Assembly (NCBI GenBank): GCA_030679145.1
Contig: JAUXTU010000118.1
Span: 17,679-81,678 of the forward strand
DNA length: 64,000 nt
Reading direction: 5' to 3'
DNA from: Bacteroidota bacterium
GTDB taxonomy: Bacteria; Bacteroidota; Ignavibacteria; UBA10030; UBA8401
The notes beneath the pieces are model-generated. The model made no database searches, was not told where the DNA came from, and saw nothing but the letters and a program-made list of their open reading frames with translations. Of this stretch, positions 46,371-56,956 are shown one piece after another. Position numbers and translations under genes: made by a program. Numbering within the stretch: the first letter of the stretch is position 1; each line of letters opens with the position of its first letter.

Positions 46371-47483
46371 TTATATTCCTCTCAACGTTTCGTGCACTGC
46401 CAAAGATACTTTCTCCATCTGTTCTTCTGTCAATGCCATTCCGCTTGGGACATACAATCCTCGTCTTGCAAGATTTTCCGTAACAGGGTAATGTTCGTTC
46501 AAGAACAATCCCAGCTTATGAAACGCAGGCTGTTCGTGCAACGGCCAAAAAAACGGTCGGGTTTGAACTCCGGCATCAGATAATTTTTTTGCCCATTCAA
46601 ACGCGTTAAAGGGAACATTGTTATTCAACAACAATCCGAACACCCAATAGACATGGGTAGCCCACTCTTTTACCCCTTGAAGAGTAATTCCGTTAAGATC
46701 GCCAAATAATTCCGTGTATTTTTTCCCTTGTGCTTTTTTACGTTCCAACAAGTATTCTACTCGCTCCATTTGAGCAACGCCAACAGCCGCTTGAAGGTTT
46801 GTTATCCGAAAATTATAACCTAATTCTTCATGCAAAAACCGTTGCTGCGGAAGAAAGCAGAGATTTCTAAATGACCGAGCCCGTGCTGCAATTTCATCGT
46901 TATCGGTCATTACCATTCCCCCTTCACCGGTCGTAACTATTTTATTTGCATAAAAACTGAATGTTGAAACGTCGCTCATCGAACCACATTGCCTGCCCTT
47001 ATAGGTCGCCCCATGTGCTTCAGCACTGTCTTCAATAATATGGAGATCATATTTTTCTGCCAGCGCGATCAATGGATCCATATCACATGAATGACCAAAC
47101 ATATGAACCGGCATGATTGCTTTTGTCTTTATAGTTATCTTTTTTTCAACCTCGGCAGCATTCATCGTCCACGTTTCCGGATCGACATCGACAAGAACAG
47201 GTTTAGCTCCTCTTCTAATAATCCCCAATGCACACGAGATGATAGTATGAGCAGGAAGAATGATTTCATCCCCTGGCTGTATATCTAAACTTGCAATTGC
47301 CAATTCTATCGCTACTGTTCCATTGCACACTGCAATTCCATGCTTTGTTCCTACAAATTTTGCGAACATCTCTTCAAATTGTTTTACAAAAGGTCCATCT
47401 GAAGAGATCCAGCCGTCAGTAATACATTGCAACAGATATTCTTTTTCTTTTCCGTTCAATAATGGATCATTTACAGGAATCAC
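46371..47483 (-). CDS. DegT/DnrJ/EryC1/StrS aminotransferase (perosamine synthase-like)
   Basis: GWISS.G.FV, IEDSAEAHGA, FSFYANKIVTTGEGGM, GYNFR. Confidence 0.92.
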   Translation of the reverse strand: MIPVNDPLLNGKEKEYLLQCITDGWISSDGPFVKQFEEMFAKFVGTKHGIAVCNGTVAIELAIASLDIQPGDEIILPAHTIISCALGIIRRGAKPVLVDVDPETWTMNAAEVEKKITIKTKAIMPVHMFGHSCDMDPLIALAEKYDLHIIEDSAEAHGATYKGRQCGSMSDVSTFSFYANKIVTTGEGGMVMTDNDEIAARARSFRNLCFLPQQRFLHEELGYNFRITNLQAAVGVAQMERVEYLLERKKAQGKKYTELFGDLNGITLQGVKEWATHVYWVFGLLLNNNVPFNAFEWAKKLSDAGVQTRPFFWPLHEQPAFHKLGLFLNEHYPVTENLARRGLYVPSGMALTEEQMEKVSLAVHETLRGI

Positions 47484-47501
47484 GCTGACTTGTATCCTTT
47501 C

Positions 47502-47939
47502 TTAAAATAAAGTTTTGTCATTTTGAACTCCGCCATACGGACCTTGCTTTACTTCCAGCATCTCAGTATCCTCTAAAATATCGATTCCATGTCCGCCGGC
47601 AGCTAATAAGATAGTGTCACCTTGCATCAATTCAACACTCCCAATCGGTTTTAAGGTACGATCATACAGATTGACTCGAATACGTCCCTTGCGGACAACA
47701 AGAACTTCTTGTGTCAGGGTAACTTCACGAGAAACTTTGTTATGATAGTGTGCTTTGATTGTTCCGCCGGATGGATATTTAATTATTCCAAGTTGTTGAG
47801 AATACGTTGAAGGTGTATAAAATGTTGTTCCGGATGGTGCATGGCTATGTCTGATCACGTGACAAAGTGGTGTCCCCTCGTTATCAGACATCACTTCCAA
47901 GCCTTCAATCGGCTTCAAAATATTGATTGCGTTTTCCAT
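47502..47939 (-). CDS. Cupin-fold protein of sugar-nucleotide loci
   Basis: AHYHN...QEVL...GGHG...EVKQGPY metal-binding cupin pattern. Confidence 0.75.
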   Translation of the reverse strand: MENAINILKPIEGLEVMSDNEGTPLCHVIRHSHAPSGTTFYTPSTYSQQLGIIKYPSGGTIKAHYHNKVSREVTLTQEVLVVRKGRIRVNLYDRTLKPIGSVELMQGDTILLAAGGHGIDILEDTEMLEVKQGPYGGVQNDKTLF

Positions 47940-47959
47940 ATGGTTCCTTTAAATATTAG

Positions 47960-49531
47960 TTATGATTTAGTGTCCGCGAACCCGAACAGATTGTGATATA
48001 ATCTCACTATTTTTTCTCGAAACATATGAGCTTCATCAACATTGAGCATAAAAACAGTTAGATAAAAATATGCCACTACTCCGACCAGTGAGGAAATCGC
48101 AACCTTCAAAAAAAGAGCTGTCTCATTTGGTAGTACAATTAAAACAACACGGCACATAAAAAACTCTATCGATGCGGCAACAATAATTTTCCAAACATTA
48201 GATCCTATCACTGATAAACCTTTCTCCTTCTGAAAAAAGAAAAGTATGACAATGCATAGAATAATATTGACTCCCGCCGATATAGAAAGAGCCGTCGCAA
48301 GTCCTTTATAAGAATATTCATCTGACAACCAAAACCCCATAAGAAGATAAATAATAATCTCAGTGACTGCAATAAATGCAACGGTCTTGGTTTTCGACAT
48401 TACATACAATGCCTTGATCGTGATTCCTCCTAAACTTGAAAAGAGGAAGGAACCCATAAGTATCTGAAACGTGAGCGCAACTGCTTGTGTTGAAGAGTGA
48501 CTAAACGCTCCACGTTCAAAAACAATTTGAATAATTGGTTCTCCCAATGCAAGAACAAGAGCTATGATTGGAAAGCATGACAAGAATACTATTGTTATTC
48601 CACGGGTGATATATCGATAAAATTGCTGTTTCTCATTTGCCGCCCACGCCTGCGCCATGTGTGGAAAAATTGTCGTTGCAATTCCGCCAGTAATGATCGT
48701 TCCGAGAGTCGTTGCAAGTTGATTTGCATAACCGAGAAAAGAAATACTGCCGGTGGACAAATTTGAAGCGATCATTCTCTCAAAAACACCGGTTAGCCTA
48801 TATAGAATACCTGTAATAAATAATGGCGCAGAAGTTATTACTACATGTCGAACACTGTTATTTCGGATATTAAAGGCAAACGCAATTTTTTTTGTGCGTA
48901 ATAATCCCGTAAACAAAAATACCGCAGGGAAAAAAGAGCCTAATAAACTTCCCATTGCCAATGTTTCAATGCCAAAATCGTTCACAAAAAAAAACAATAT
49001 GGCAACAACAACTATCGGTGAAAAAATAGGGGCTATTGTTGCCGCTATGAATTTATGGTGAGCCTGATATACAGATGCAAACAATCCGGTCAGCGATTGA
49101 AACACCACTGTTGGCATAAGAATTTTTAAAAGCTGCGAACTTAACTTCAATTGGAGTGAATTGAAACCATATGAAGTAATTGAGATAATAACATCGGAGT
49201 ATAATACACCAAGCAGGGCAATGATCGACATCAAAACTGCGGATAACATAATAATCGTGCTCGCGAACCTCACTGCTTCATTGAGATTTTTTTCAAGCAG
49301 GCTTACCAATTCCGGAAGAAAGACAACAACAAATGATCCGGTAAAAACAGCAGTGATATACGTCGGGATTACTACAGCTGAGAAATAAGCATCTCTGTCA
49401 GTATTTGTTCCAAAATAATAGGCTATTAATAATTGAGAGGAAAAAGAAACGATAACATTTAATAGTATCAGCAATGTTACATGTATCGTTGACGCAAACA
49501 ATCCTTTCTTAATATTCACTGCTGTTTTCAT
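47960..49531 (-). CDS. MOP-superfamily flippase (MurJ/MviN-like)
   Basis: AYYFGT...DAYF, GSISFLGYA, FERGAF, GLA.A.S; many TM segments. Confidence 0.85.
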   Translation of the reverse strand: MKTAVNIKKGLFASTIHVTLLILLNVIVSFSSQLLIAYYFGTNTDRDAYFSAVVIPTYITAVFTGSFVVVFLPELVSLLEKNLNEAVRFASTIIMLSAVLMSIIALLGVLYSDVIISITSYGFNSLQLKLSSQLLKILMPTVVFQSLTGLFASVYQAHHKFIAATIAPIFSPIVVVAILFFFVNDFGIETLAMGSLLGSFFPAVFLFTGLLRTKKIAFAFNIRNNSVRHVVITSAPLFITGILYRLTGVFERMIASNLSTGSISFLGYANQLATTLGTIITGGIATTIFPHMAQAWAANEKQQFYRYITRGITIVFLSCFPIIALVLALGEPIIQIVFERGAFSHSSTQAVALTFQILMGSFLFSSLGGITIKALYVMSKTKTVAFIAVTEIIIYLLMGFWLSDEYSYKGLATALSISAGVNIILCIVILFFFQKEKGLSVIGSNVWKIIVAASIEFFMCRVVLIVLPNETALFLKVAISSLVGVVAYFYLTVFMLNVDEAHMFREKIVRLYHNLFGFADTKS

Positions 49532-49683
49532 TCAGAATGTGGAGTCGATGCAATTTTCAATCAACACAACCTCCCGGTTAAAGATTTGATTAAATCTAGT
49601 AATGGGGCATTTAATGTTGCAAATTATACTTTTAAGGAATCGGAAAAAATACATCTATGACTCTATAAGAGTCCCAACTAATT

Positions 49684-50676
49684 TTAAGTGTTTGTAATTA
49701 TTTTCTTATATCTTTTATAATTATCAATTAATGGATCTTTAACAACAATATAACACATACCTCCAATCGAACTAAACAAAAAAACTACTAAAACGATAAT
49801 AGCTCTTTTAGGAGATGATTTTTTAACCGGTGGCTCTGCTTTATCAAGAACATTAATAATTGGAATATTTTTTACTTCCTCAATTTTCGCAAGTTCGTAT
49901 TGTTTTTTTAGCTCTATATAAAGAGTGTTATTGATCGTGACTTCGCGGATTAATCGCTCTTGACCTAATAAGAGGGATGGCGAATTAACAATGCTACGAT
50001 TCGATTCCCTAAAACTCTTCAAATTGTTCTCTGCAAACGAAAGTTCACTTTTAATTTGAGCAAGTCTAATCTCAATAAATTGCCGTTGAGCTGAGGCACT
50101 GGTATTTCTTTTTTTTCGAATAAATAAATCGAGTTCAATGATAATTCGATTCAGTATGTCAGCAGTCAATTGTGGTTCTCGATCTTCTAATTGAAGCGAT
50201 AAAAGACCGGTCTTATTATCTAAAGAAATATCCAATCGTGCGGATAATGATTTAAAAGCCTTATCATAATTTTGTTCGCTAGTTTTTTCTTCGATTTCCC
50301 AAAGTTGAATCAAGTTTACACTATCTTTAAATTCTACAGAAAAATATTTAGCAAAAATCACATTTTTGAGTATCGATTCGCTTCGAATAATAGCCGGATA
50401 TAATTTTAATAATGATCCTTCGGAACCTCCAATATTGATACCTGCAAGACTTGCCAGATCTGCAATACCGGATAATTTTGCTTTTTCTGATTCTGGCAGT
50501 ATTGTTGCAGTTGCCGTATATCGTAATGGCAATAGAAGGCTGATCACAACGGCTATTGCTGTACATATAACGATAAACCAAGAAACAAATTTTTTCTTTT
50601 TCCAAATTTTTTTAAGAGCATCATTGAAATCAAAAAAAGACCCGTGTATTTCCAAAGAAGACTGTAATGTTTCCAT
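49684..50676 (-). CDS. Polysaccharide co-polymerase / chain-length determinant (Wzz/GNVR type)
   Basis: N-terminal TM + YTATATILP; coiled coil; VLDKAEPP.KKSSPKR + C-terminal TM; no tyrosine-kinase domain. Confidence 0.85.
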   Translation of the reverse strand: METLQSSLEIHGSFFDFNDALKKIWKKKKFVSWFIVICTAIAVVISLLLPLRYTATATILPESEKAKLSGIADLASLAGINIGGSEGSLLKLYPAIIRSESILKNVIFAKYFSVEFKDSVNLIQLWEIEEKTSEQNYDKAFKSLSARLDISLDNKTGLLSLQLEDREPQLTADILNRIIIELDLFIRKKRNTSASAQRQFIEIRLAQIKSELSFAENNLKSFRESNRSIVNSPSLLLGQERLIREVTINNTLYIELKKQYELAKIEEVKNIPIINVLDKAEPPVKKSSPKRAIIVLVVFLFSSIGGMCYIVVKDPLIDNYKRYKKIITNT

Positions 50677-50763
50677 AGGTATTTATTGCAAATTTAAATT
50701 TCTATACACAATGAATTGTAATGTAACACACACCGAAACAATTTGTTGTCATTACCAAAATAC

Positions 50764-53178
50764 TTATAGTGATTTTGCCAATACTAAAACCGTCAATGCA
50801 CTTGCCGTAATTGCAAAGATATCCCGAATAAGATTTCCAATATCCAAATCTTTTCTATCGATAGGCGGAGCTGGTATTTTAGCAACATAGATGCTCGAAC
50901 CGTCATATACTTTACTGTTTCCGCCAAACCAACCTGTTTTAAATCTCTCCGCAGTACCGTTTGGATGGTATAATATGATATAATCAGCGCTGTCAGTTAA
51001 TCCACCCGAAAATTTAATATAGTCCAACATATCCTTTCCCTCATTAAATGCAATAAGGCTCGGATTATTGACCTCTCCTAACATTTTGATCGAATTTGGT
51101 TTTTTGGGTATGTAGAGACTGTCTCCTTGATGGAGAATAATATCATCACCGCTTTTCGGTGAATCAACCGCTTCCTGAAAATCAACATTAACTCGTTCAC
51201 CCATTCGAAACAAAGTTCCACCTCGAAGATATGCGGCACTTGTTTTTCCACCAGCCCGATTAATAATATCGGTTAAATATTCATTGCGCGTTATAAGTGC
51301 ATACGTACCGGTATAGTTTACCTCTCCGGCAATTGTTACAAGTTCTTGAACCCGAAAATTGGGATTTGGGCGAATAAATATCTTATCGCGATGATGTATT
51401 TTAAAGCCTTTTTCCCTTCTCTTTACAAAATAGTTAAAATTATTTACCGCCAGAGTATCTCTAAGATCCGGTAGGTCTGCCAAATAAATATAGGAAAGAG
51501 TATCTGCCTCTTTTTTCTTATCAAGCCGTGCTATCTCCGCTTGTAATGTCCATGCATCTTCCGTATATCCCTCTGCTAACATTAATACGTCCGTTAGCGT
51601 CATATTACGGGTCAATGTATATCTTCCAGGTTTTCTTACGCTTCCAAGAATATCAACAAATTCCTCAACCTCGCGCGTAATGCCGATGTCATGGATAACA
51701 ATCTCATCCTTTGGCTGCAGTTCGATATTGTCCTGTGAACCATTCTCTATAATTGACCGAAGATCGAACGGAATTGAAATTTTTCTTCGACCATCATTTT
51801 CAAATCGCGTCAGTTCGCCTCGGACAAAATATGTTTCAGGTTTTAGACTGTCTGCCAAAAGAATAATATCCCTAATTTTCATTTTAGGAGTTAACTGGTA
51901 TGTCCCAGGTTTGTACACGGCACCGGAAATTGTAACAAAGTTTTTAACTTCATCGAGAATGGGGAATACAGTTATCACATCGCCATCGACAAGCACTGCG
52001 TCCGAGTTTTTGGAAGTTAACTCCCGAAAATCAATATCCTTAAACTGTCGTTCAAATTCGTTTTTTGTTCGATCTTTTAATGGGACAATCCTTTCGATCT
52101 GTAATCGCTCAAGGTAGGTTGTCGGCAGGTTTCCACCGGCATACTCGATAAGTTTTTTCAAATTCTCACCATGCAGGAGTTCGTAAATTCCGGGGCGACG
52201 CATTTCACCTTTTATATAAATGGAATTTTTACGAACAGGAACATAAATGATATCATTGTTTTGCACTCGAATGTCGTTGTTCTTTTCTGCTCCAATGAGA
52301 TATAGATACAGATCAACTTTTGCAACGATCTTGTTCCCTCGGATCAAACGAACTTCCCGTAAACTTCCATTCACCGTCGGACCACCGACGGCAAACAATG
52401 AATTAAAAATGTTAGCGTAACTGCTCACCGTATATCCTCCGGGATTATTCACTTCCCCCATGATAAACACTCTTTTGGGACGTATCTTGGAAAGTGAGAC
52501 ATCGAGCCATACTGTTTTTGGAGTGGCAGTCAATCCTTGAATAGACCGCGATAATTGTTTGGTCAGCGTTTTGTTTATTTCGTCGATGGTCAATCCGGAG
52601 ACTACGATAGGTCCCGTTGTCGGAATCAATATTCTTCCTTCTTTATCAACAGTCAGTTCATTCTGTTGCTCAACTTGTCCCCAAATACTCACGCGCAGTA
52701 CATCTTCCGGACCAATGATATATTCCGGATCTATTGGACCAGCAGCACTTGGTTCAAAAGCCGAAGGTGTAGAAGAAAAAATATCGTACCCAAAATATGA
52801 TAACCCTTTTGACGTTAGTAATTCTTTTTTCTTTCCATCATTTTGACTCTTTGCTGTTTCCACTGTTGGACCAGCCATTGGACCTGATTGAAGCAGTTGA
52901 TTAGAAGATGAAGGAATGCCAGTAGAAGAAGAAGTCGAACCTGCCTTTCCACGAAGAAATGTTTGCAGATCAATACCGTACTCCTTCGCTTTCGCTTCAG
53001 CTTCAGTCCGCGTCATTCCATACTCTTTGATCTTTGCATCGATCTGTTCCGGAGTCATCGTATTCAATTGTGTTGTTGCCTGCTGTACTAACTGTTGTTT
53101 CACTTGCGCAGGTAGAAATGACGCAAACACGATACAGATTAAAAATATATTAATTGCTCTCATGGGATTGTTACTCAT
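50764..53178 (-). CDS. Polysaccharide export protein with multiple SLBB domains (Wza/KpsD-like)
   Basis: YFGYDIF, YIIGPEDVL...WG (Poly_export), repeated GEV..PG.Y SLBB motifs. Confidence 0.9.
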   Translation of the reverse strand: MSNNPMRAINIFLICIVFASFLPAQVKQQLVQQATTQLNTMTPEQIDAKIKEYGMTRTEAEAKAKEYGIDLQTFLRGKAGSTSSSTGIPSSSNQLLQSGPMAGPTVETAKSQNDGKKKELLTSKGLSYFGYDIFSSTPSAFEPSAAGPIDPEYIIGPEDVLRVSIWGQVEQQNELTVDKEGRILIPTTGPIVVSGLTIDEINKTLTKQLSRSIQGLTATPKTVWLDVSLSKIRPKRVFIMGEVNNPGGYTVSSYANIFNSLFAVGGPTVNGSLREVRLIRGNKIVAKVDLYLYLIGAEKNNDIRVQNNDIIYVPVRKNSIYIKGEMRRPGIYELLHGENLKKLIEYAGGNLPTTYLERLQIERIVPLKDRTKNEFERQFKDIDFRELTSKNSDAVLVDGDVITVFPILDEVKNFVTISGAVYKPGTYQLTPKMKIRDIILLADSLKPETYFVRGELTRFENDGRRKISIPFDLRSIIENGSQDNIELQPKDEIVIHDIGITREVEEFVDILGSVRKPGRYTLTRNMTLTDVLMLAEGYTEDAWTLQAEIARLDKKKEADTLSYIYLADLPDLRDTLAVNNFNYFVKRREKGFKIHHRDKIFIRPNPNFRVQELVTIAGEVNYTGTYALITRNEYLTDIINRAGGKTSAAYLRGGTLFRMGERVNVDFQEAVDSPKSGDDIILHQGDSLYIPKKPNSIKMLGEVNNPSLIAFNEGKDMLDYIKFSGGLTDSADYIILYHPNGTAERFKTGWFGGNSKVYDGSSIYVAKIPAPPIDRKDLDIGNLIRDIFAITASALTVLVLAKSL

Positions 53179-53217
53179 TTTTATTTATAAAGTTAATCTT
53201 ACAAATGCATGTTCTCA

Positions 53218-53249
53218 GTGAACCGGTCGCTGTGAGCGAACGGTTCACT
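53218..53249. other. Intergenic hairpin next to a solitary CTTTGTG-type half repeat
   Basis: GTGAACCGGTCGCT-gtg-AGCGAACGGTTCAC, followed at 53267-53286 by CTTTGTGTCTTTGTGGTAAA. Confidence 0.5.
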
Positions 53250-53306
53250 TTCACATTTTTTCGCGACTTTGTGTCTTTGTGGTAAACGCTTCTGATCTTT
53301 GCATTT

Positions 53307-54245
53307 TCACTTCGCAATTGCTTTTCTAAAATATTCAATTGTTCTTGGCAGTCCTTCTTTTCGACTCACTTTAGGTTCCCAACCTAAAATTGTCCGTGCT
53401 TTGGTAATATCAGGCTGCCGAATTTTTGGATCATCCGTAGGAAGCTCTTTAAACACAATTTTGCTCTTGCTGTTCGTCAATGCAATTATTTCTTTTGCCA
53501 GGTCGAGCATTGTTAACTCTTCCGGATTCCCGATATTAACAGGCATTGTATAATCTGACATCATCAATCGGTAGATGCCATCAATAAGATCCGAAACATA
53601 ACAGACACTTCTGGTCTGTGAGCCATCGCCGAATACGGTAACATCTTCAGCGCGCAACGCTTGGGATGCAAATGCCGGAATTGCTCGGCCATCTTCAATA
53701 CGCATGCGTTCGCCGTAGGTATTAAAAATTCTCACGATGCGGGTTTCTACACCGTGATATCGATGGTATGCCATCGTCATTGCTTCGGCAAAACGTTTCG
53801 CTTCATCATATACTCCGCGTGGACCAACGGGGTTTACATTGCCCCAATATTCTTCAACTTGCGGATGTATTTCGGGGTCACCGTAACACTCTGATGTAGA
53901 TGCAATAAGGAATCGTGCATTTTTTGCTTTAGTAAAACCAAGTGCCTTATGTGTACCAATAGATCCAACTTTTAATGTTTGGATCGGTAGTTTTAGATAA
54001 TCGATCGGGCTTGCGGGCGAAGCAAAATGCCAAACATAATGAATATCACCCGGCACATGAATAAAATTTGTTACATCATACTGTATAAATGAAAAATACT
54101 TATTGGAAAAAAGATGTTCAATATTCCCAACAGATCCGGTGATAAGATTATCGAGCACAATAACCTTGTGACCCTCATTCAACAATCGCTCCGACAAATG
54201 TGAACCGAGGAATCCGGCGCCGCCCGTAACAACAGAAGTTTTCAT
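53307..54245 (-). CDS. UDP-glucuronic acid decarboxylase (UDP-xylose synthase)
   Basis: [51 protein letters not shown]. Confidence 0.93.
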   Translation of the reverse strand: MKTSVVTGGAGFLGSHLSERLLNEGHKVIVLDNLITGSVGNIEHLFSNKYFSFIQYDVTNFIHVPGDIHYVWHFASPASPIDYLKLPIQTLKVGSIGTHKALGFTKAKNARFLIASTSECYGDPEIHPQVEEYWGNVNPVGPRGVYDEAKRFAEAMTMAYHRYHGVETRIVRIFNTYGERMRIEDGRAIPAFASQALRAEDVTVFGDGSQTRSVCYVSDLIDGIYRLMMSDYTMPVNIGNPEELTMLDLAKEIIALTNSKSKIVFKELPTDDPKIRQPDITKARTILGWEPKVSRKEGLPRTIEYFRKAIAK

Positions 54246-55591
54246 TTCTTGACCCCTTCTGTTTGAATCACAGGTCTGCGTCCAATACCGAAATACGTAA
54301 ACCGAAGTTCTTTCATTTTTACCGGATCGAAGATATTTCTCCCATCAAAGATGATCGGCAGTTTAAGATTTGATCTGATGAGCTCAAAATCAGGATTGCG
54401 GAATTCATTCCATTCAGTAAGCACTAACAGAGCGTCAGCTTTATCTAAAGCAGAATACTCATTATCGGCATATGTAATTGTATCACCAAGATCGAACTTT
54501 GCCGTTTCATTTGCCGCAGGATCATATGCTGTAACTGTTGCACCATGTTCTAATAATTTTTTAATGATCACAACAGAAGGAGCTTCTCTCATATCATCGG
54601 TATTTGGTTTAAATGCCAATCCCCATACTGCAAAATGTTTTTTTCGAATATCATTATCATAATATTTCAAAATTTTATCGACCAAGACTTCTTTCTGTTT
54701 TTTGTTGACCTGATCAACAACGCTCAGCAAACGAATCTCAGATCCGGAATCAATCGAGGTCTTGATCAATGCATTCACATCTTTTGGAAAACATGAACCG
54801 CCGTATCCAATACCAGGGAACAAGAATCGCTTTCCAATGCGGGAATCAGAACCCATTCCTTTTCGAATGAGATCGACATCAGCACCGACTTTTACGCAAA
54901 AATTCGCCAGCTCGTTCATGTACGTAATACGAAGCGCCAGATACGAATTCGCTGCATACTTCGTCACCTCAGAACTCGCCGTATCCATTTCAATAATCGG
55001 ATTTCCTTGTCTCACAAATGGTTCATATAACGTTTTCATTCGTTCAGCGGCATATTTCGTCTTCGTCCCGATGACTATTCTATCCGGTTTCATGAAATCT
55101 TCAACGGCAAAACCTTCACGCAAAAATTCAGGGTTAGAAACAACATCAAAATTTTTAGTGTTGTGTTTCTTGATCGTGTCAAAAACCAATTTTGATGTTC
55201 CAACAGGCACCGTGCTCTTGTTGATGATAATTTTTTGTTGAGCATCTCCGCCCGCTTCAGCAAAGATCTTACCGATGCTATCGGAAACACCAAGAATATA
55301 TTTTAGATCTGCTGAGCCATCCTCCCCTTGCGGTGTAGGAAGACACAGGAAAATGAATTCTGATGATAATACCGCAGATTTTAAATCGCTGGTAAACTCT
55401 AATCTTTTCTGTTGAATATTTCTTTGGAATAATATCTCCAATCCCGGTTCATAAATAGTTACTTCTTTGTTCTGAAGTTTAGCGAGTTTTTGTGGATTAT
55501 TATCGACACAGATAACTTGATTTCCGGTTTCTGCAAAACATGTTCCGGTCACCAAACCAACATATCCGGTTCCTACGATGGCAATTTTCAT
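54242..55591 (-). CDS. ugd: UDP-glucose 6-dehydrogenase
   Basis: [47 protein letters not shown]. Confidence 0.94.
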   Translation of the reverse strand: MKIAIVGTGYVGLVTGTCFAETGNQVICVDNNPQKLAKLQNKEVTIYEPGLEILFQRNIQQKRLEFTSDLKSAVLSSEFIFLCLPTPQGEDGSADLKYILGVSDSIGKIFAEAGGDAQQKIIINKSTVPVGTSKLVFDTIKKHNTKNFDVVSNPEFLREGFAVEDFMKPDRIVIGTKTKYAAERMKTLYEPFVRQGNPIIEMDTASSEVTKYAANSYLALRITYMNELANFCVKVGADVDLIRKGMGSDSRIGKRFLFPGIGYGGSCFPKDVNALIKTSIDSGSEIRLLSVVDQVNKKQKEVLVDKILKYYDNDIRKKHFAVWGLAFKPNTDDMREAPSVVIIKKLLEHGATVTAYDPAANETAKFDLGDTITYADNEYSALDKADALLVLTEWNEFRNPDFELIRSNLKLPIIFDGRNIFDPVKMKELRFTYFGIGRRPVIQTEGVKK

Positions 55592-55623
55592 TGTATTGTA
55601 ATTCCTTTTTCTAATCGAAAATA

Positions 55624-56925
55624 TTACGCTTTGTGAACTAAAGCATGTTTAATCGGAAATAAATTTCTTGTATCTAGAATTGGAACATTAAACTTTACTA
55701 TATCTACTGTTCGATAAAAATCATGTGGCGTTGAAATTAACATCAAATCAAATTTTTCACTGATCTCAACCGATCTTTTACCTGCATACTGAGGATGTTC
55801 ACGTGTCAATTTTATTACAGGTATAAACGGATCGTTAAACTCTACATATGCATTTTGCGATTCCATTTTTTCCATCAACACATAACTCGGTGATTCTCGA
55901 TCATCATCAACGTTTGCCTTATATGCCAAACCAAGAATTAATATTTTAGAGCCACTAAGCGATTTCCCTAAGGAATTCAAAACCTCAGTAGCTCTCTGTA
56001 CCACAAAATCAGGCATTGATGTATTCACTTCGCCGGCTAATTCGATAAACCGGGTGTGAACCCCATATTCTTTAGCTTTCCATGTCAGATAAAACGGATC
56101 GATCGGAATACAATGACCCCCAAGTCCTGGCCCGGGATAAAACGGCATAAAACCAAATGGCTTGGTCTTTGCCGCTTCAATCACTTCCCAAATATCAATC
56201 CCCATTTTCATAAACGTGATCTTCAACTCGTTGACTAAAGCGATGTTGACGGATCGAAAAATGTTCTCCATCAATTTTGTCGCTTCTGCAACCTGTGTTG
56301 ATGAAACTGGAACAGTCCTAATCACGATCTGTTGATAGATCAGCTCAGCAATTTCCAATCCATCAGACGTTGTAGAGCCTACAACTTTTGGAATTGTTTC
56401 AGTCGTAAAATCCTGATTATTTGGATCTTCTCGTTCAGGAGAAAATGCTACATAAAAATCTTTGTCAACCTTCAATCCACTTTTTTCAAGAATTGGGATA
56501 ACAACTTCAACGGTGGTCCCGGGATATGTTGTTGATTCAAGAATGATGATCTGTCCCCTTCTTAAAAACTGGGAAACAGAATCACATGTCTTAATGATAT
56601 ACTCCATCTCCGGCTCACGATTCTTCTTCAGCGGAGTTGGAACAGCAATCAATACTGCATCACATTCTTGAATCCTTGAAAAATCAACCGTAGCATCAAA
56701 AAGTTCTAAAAAACTAACGCGTGCAATTCTTTCTGAAGGGATGTGGTTGATATATGACAAGTGTTGTTTTAACGCAGATATCTTTGCGTTGTCAATATCA
56801 AACCCGATTGACCGAAATCCTTTTTCGGCAAAACAAAGAACTATCGGTAAACCGACGTACCCCAACCCGATAACACCTACAACAAACTTCTTTTCTTCTA
56901 TTTTTTTACGAAGCTGATTTTTCAC
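55624..56925 (-). CDS. UDP-N-acetylhexosamine 6-dehydrogenase (WbpA-like)
   Basis: GLGYVGLP, LESTTYPGTT, FSPEREDP, PGPGLGGHCIPIDP, GLAYK.NVDD.RESP. Confidence 0.9.
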   Translation of the reverse strand: MKNQLRKKIEEKKFVVGVIGLGYVGLPIVLCFAEKGFRSIGFDIDNAKISALKQHLSYINHIPSERIARVSFLELFDATVDFSRIQECDAVLIAVPTPLKKNREPEMEYIIKTCDSVSQFLRRGQIIILESTTYPGTTVEVVIPILEKSGLKVDKDFYVAFSPEREDPNNQDFTTETIPKVVGSTTSDGLEIAELIYQQIVIRTVPVSSTQVAEATKLMENIFRSVNIALVNELKITFMKMGIDIWEVIEAAKTKPFGFMPFYPGPGLGGHCIPIDPFYLTWKAKEYGVHTRFIELAGEVNTSMPDFVVQRATEVLNSLGKSLSGSKILILGLAYKANVDDDRESPSYVLMEKMESQNAYVEFNDPFIPVIKLTREHPQYAGKRSVEISEKFDLMLISTPHDFYRTVDIVKFNVPILDTRNLFPIKHALVHKA

Positions 56926-56956
56926 GTAATATTTATTTCATACAATCACAATGTGC

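Noticed and set aside
49659-49673. GACTCT-ATA-AGAGTC mini-hairpin as another copy of the nested element
   Set aside because: Only a 6-bp stem; lacks the TCC...GGGAC ends and the ATTGC flank, so it could be chance.
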